From an uncultured Lentisphaerales bacterium (lineage in GTDB: Bacteria > Verrucomicrobiota > Kiritimatiellia > RFP12 > JAAYNR01), in NCBI GenBank assembly GCA_964451945.1, contig CAYVKQ010000004.1, positions 1 through 24,400 on the forward strand: 24,400 nucleotides of DNA. Direction: 5' to 3'. Numbering within the stretch: position 1 is the first letter of the stretch; each line of letters begins with the position of its first letter. This document shows, in pieces, positions 23,100-24,400 of this stretch. Position numbers and translations under genes: made by a program. Below the pieces are notes generated by a model. It did no database searches. It had not been told where the DNA came from and saw nothing but the letters and a program-made list of their open reading frames with translations.

Positions 23100-24235
23100 T
23101 CGACAAGCTTGTGCCAGTCATGGGGGCGTGGGGCGTCCGGGCGCTGATCGTCTGGGTCGCGGCCCTGGTCGTCCTGTTGTTCGGGAGCTTCATCCGCGCC
23201 CGCCCCAAAGCCTACCTGCTCGCCCTGGCGCTGGTGGTGGCGGCGGCCTTCTGCGCCCGCAGGAATCTGGACACCTGGTTCGCGTCCATCCGGCTCGACC
23301 GCACCGACGAGATCAACGCTGCGCTGGCCTCCCGCGCGCCGCAGGAAGGGCTCGCCACCGTCGTACGCTTCGCCGAGGACGATCCCGAAGACCGCGTCGA
23401 GGGCGGCGTGACCCGCACCGCTCCGGCCGTCCCCGCCTGGCGCGAGGGCGGACCCAAGGCGCGCGGCGGCGGGGTGTTGACCAACGCGGTCGCCGGAGCC
23501 GCCGCCGCCGACGGCACGGCGGCCGACCCCGCGGCGGGCGGGGAGGCGGTCATCTACATGAAGGGCGACCAGCTCAGCCTCGTCCGCCAGATCGAGCGCG
23601 GCAACCGCCTGATAATCCGCGCGCTGACGCTGCTGATCGTGCTGGCGATTCTCTACGACTATGTCACGGCCTTCAATTCCGTGCGTAGCACGCGGCTGGC
23701 GCTGCCGCTCTCGGGGGCGCTGATCGACAGCCTGTCCGCCAAGTCGCGGGCGCTGATGATCCGTCCCGACGTCGGCAAGCGCTGGCGCCCCGAGCCCTTC
23801 CTCGAACGCGCCGTGCGCAAAGGGGAGAACGTGGTCTACTTCGGCCAGAAGCCGATCTGGGAGGGGCGCGCCTCGCTGCCGCGGCTGGTGCTCATCGGCC
23901 TGCCGCTCCTTCGCGTACCGCTCCTCCGCTACGGCGCCCCGGGACAGCCGACGGGGAGCGAGTTCGCCTTCGACGCCGCCTGGTTCAGCCGCTATGTCGT
24001 GACGGCCGCCGGCGACGCCCCCTGCCGCGCGATGCTCGAAGACTTCGTCGACATTCTGCACGAGCGCCGCCGCTCCGGCGCCCGCGCCCGCCGTACGCTG
24101 GTTCTCGCCTGGGACCGCGACGAAACGCTGGAGAAGCCGTTCCTGGTGACGCTGGCGAAACTCGCCGACGAGGCGAACCTCTCGCTCTTCGTCTGGACCC
24201 GCCCCGCCGGCGGCGGCAAGCCGGCAACCGCCTGA
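23096..24235 (+). CDS. Hypothetical membrane protein (3 predicted TMs, low-complexity linker, C-terminal alpha/beta domain)
   Basis: ATGA overlap with the DUF4159 gene stop; hydrophobic helices ALIVWVAALVVLLFG, AYLLALALVVAAAF and LIIRALTLLIVLAILY; codon bias similar to the rest of the operon. Confidence 0.8.
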   Translation: MIDKLVPVMGAWGVRALIVWVAALVVLLFGSFIRARPKAYLLALALVVAAAFCARRNLDTWFASIRLDRTDEINAALASRAPQEGLATVVRFAEDDPEDRVEGGVTRTAPAVPAWREGGPKARGGGVLTNAVAGAAAADGTAADPAAGGEAVIYMKGDQLSLVRQIERGNRLIIRALTLLIVLAILYDYVTAFNSVRSTRLALPLSGALIDSLSAKSRALMIRPDVGKRWRPEPFLERAVRKGENVVYFGQKPIWEGRASLPRLVLIGLPLLRVPLLRYGAPGQPTGSEFAFDAAWFSRYVVTAAGDAPCRAMLEDFVDILHERRRSGARARRTLVLAWDRDETLEKPFLVTLAKLADEANLSLFVWTRPAGGGKPATA

Positions 24236-24400
24236 AGTCGGCCGGGGTCGGTAGCGACAAGACAAAGCGGTGGAACACTACGCCGCGAAGCGTGGCGAGG
24301 TTCACCGCCGCCGTTGGCGGAATCGAGGGTAGAATGCGCTTGAAAAGGTGGACGTTACAACCAGAGGGAGGCATCCGCTGGGACGTGGCGGCGGATCGAC

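Noticed and set aside
24236-24400. Terminator or next gene start after the operon
   Set aside because: There is no hairpin with a U-tract. TAGAAT and a GGAGG motif are present, but no well-spaced start codon can be assigned before the window ends.

Overview
High-GC bacterial window; every credible gene is on the + strand. The gene content is reminiscent of PVC-superphylum organisms such as Kiritimatiellae/Lentisphaerae (inference, not verified). The left third looks origin-proximal. It holds a degenerate Kdo/InaA-kinase-like + glycoside-hydrolase-like fusion gene, then mnmE, then a ~900 bp lower-GC spacer with a perfect DnaA box and several stacked palindromic repeats, then mnmG. The mnmG gene carries an ~85-aa in-frame insertion containing two perfect parS palindromes. 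The remaining ~17 kb (7042-24235) is a tightly packed 10-gene operon: three secreted BamD/CpoB-type TPR proteins (one a ~2,690-aa giant with repeated beta-modules and nested F5/8C + PA14-like domains), a small hypothetical, ExbB/TolQ, two ExbD/TolR paralogues, a short single-pass Ala/Pro-rich protein, a polytopic DUF4159 protein with a TonB-like S-x3-H helix, and a final membrane protein. No TonB-dependent receptor, canonical TonB/TolA, TolB or Pal is present in the window. The operon is the best candidate for an uncharacterised proton-motive-force-driven envelope machine.
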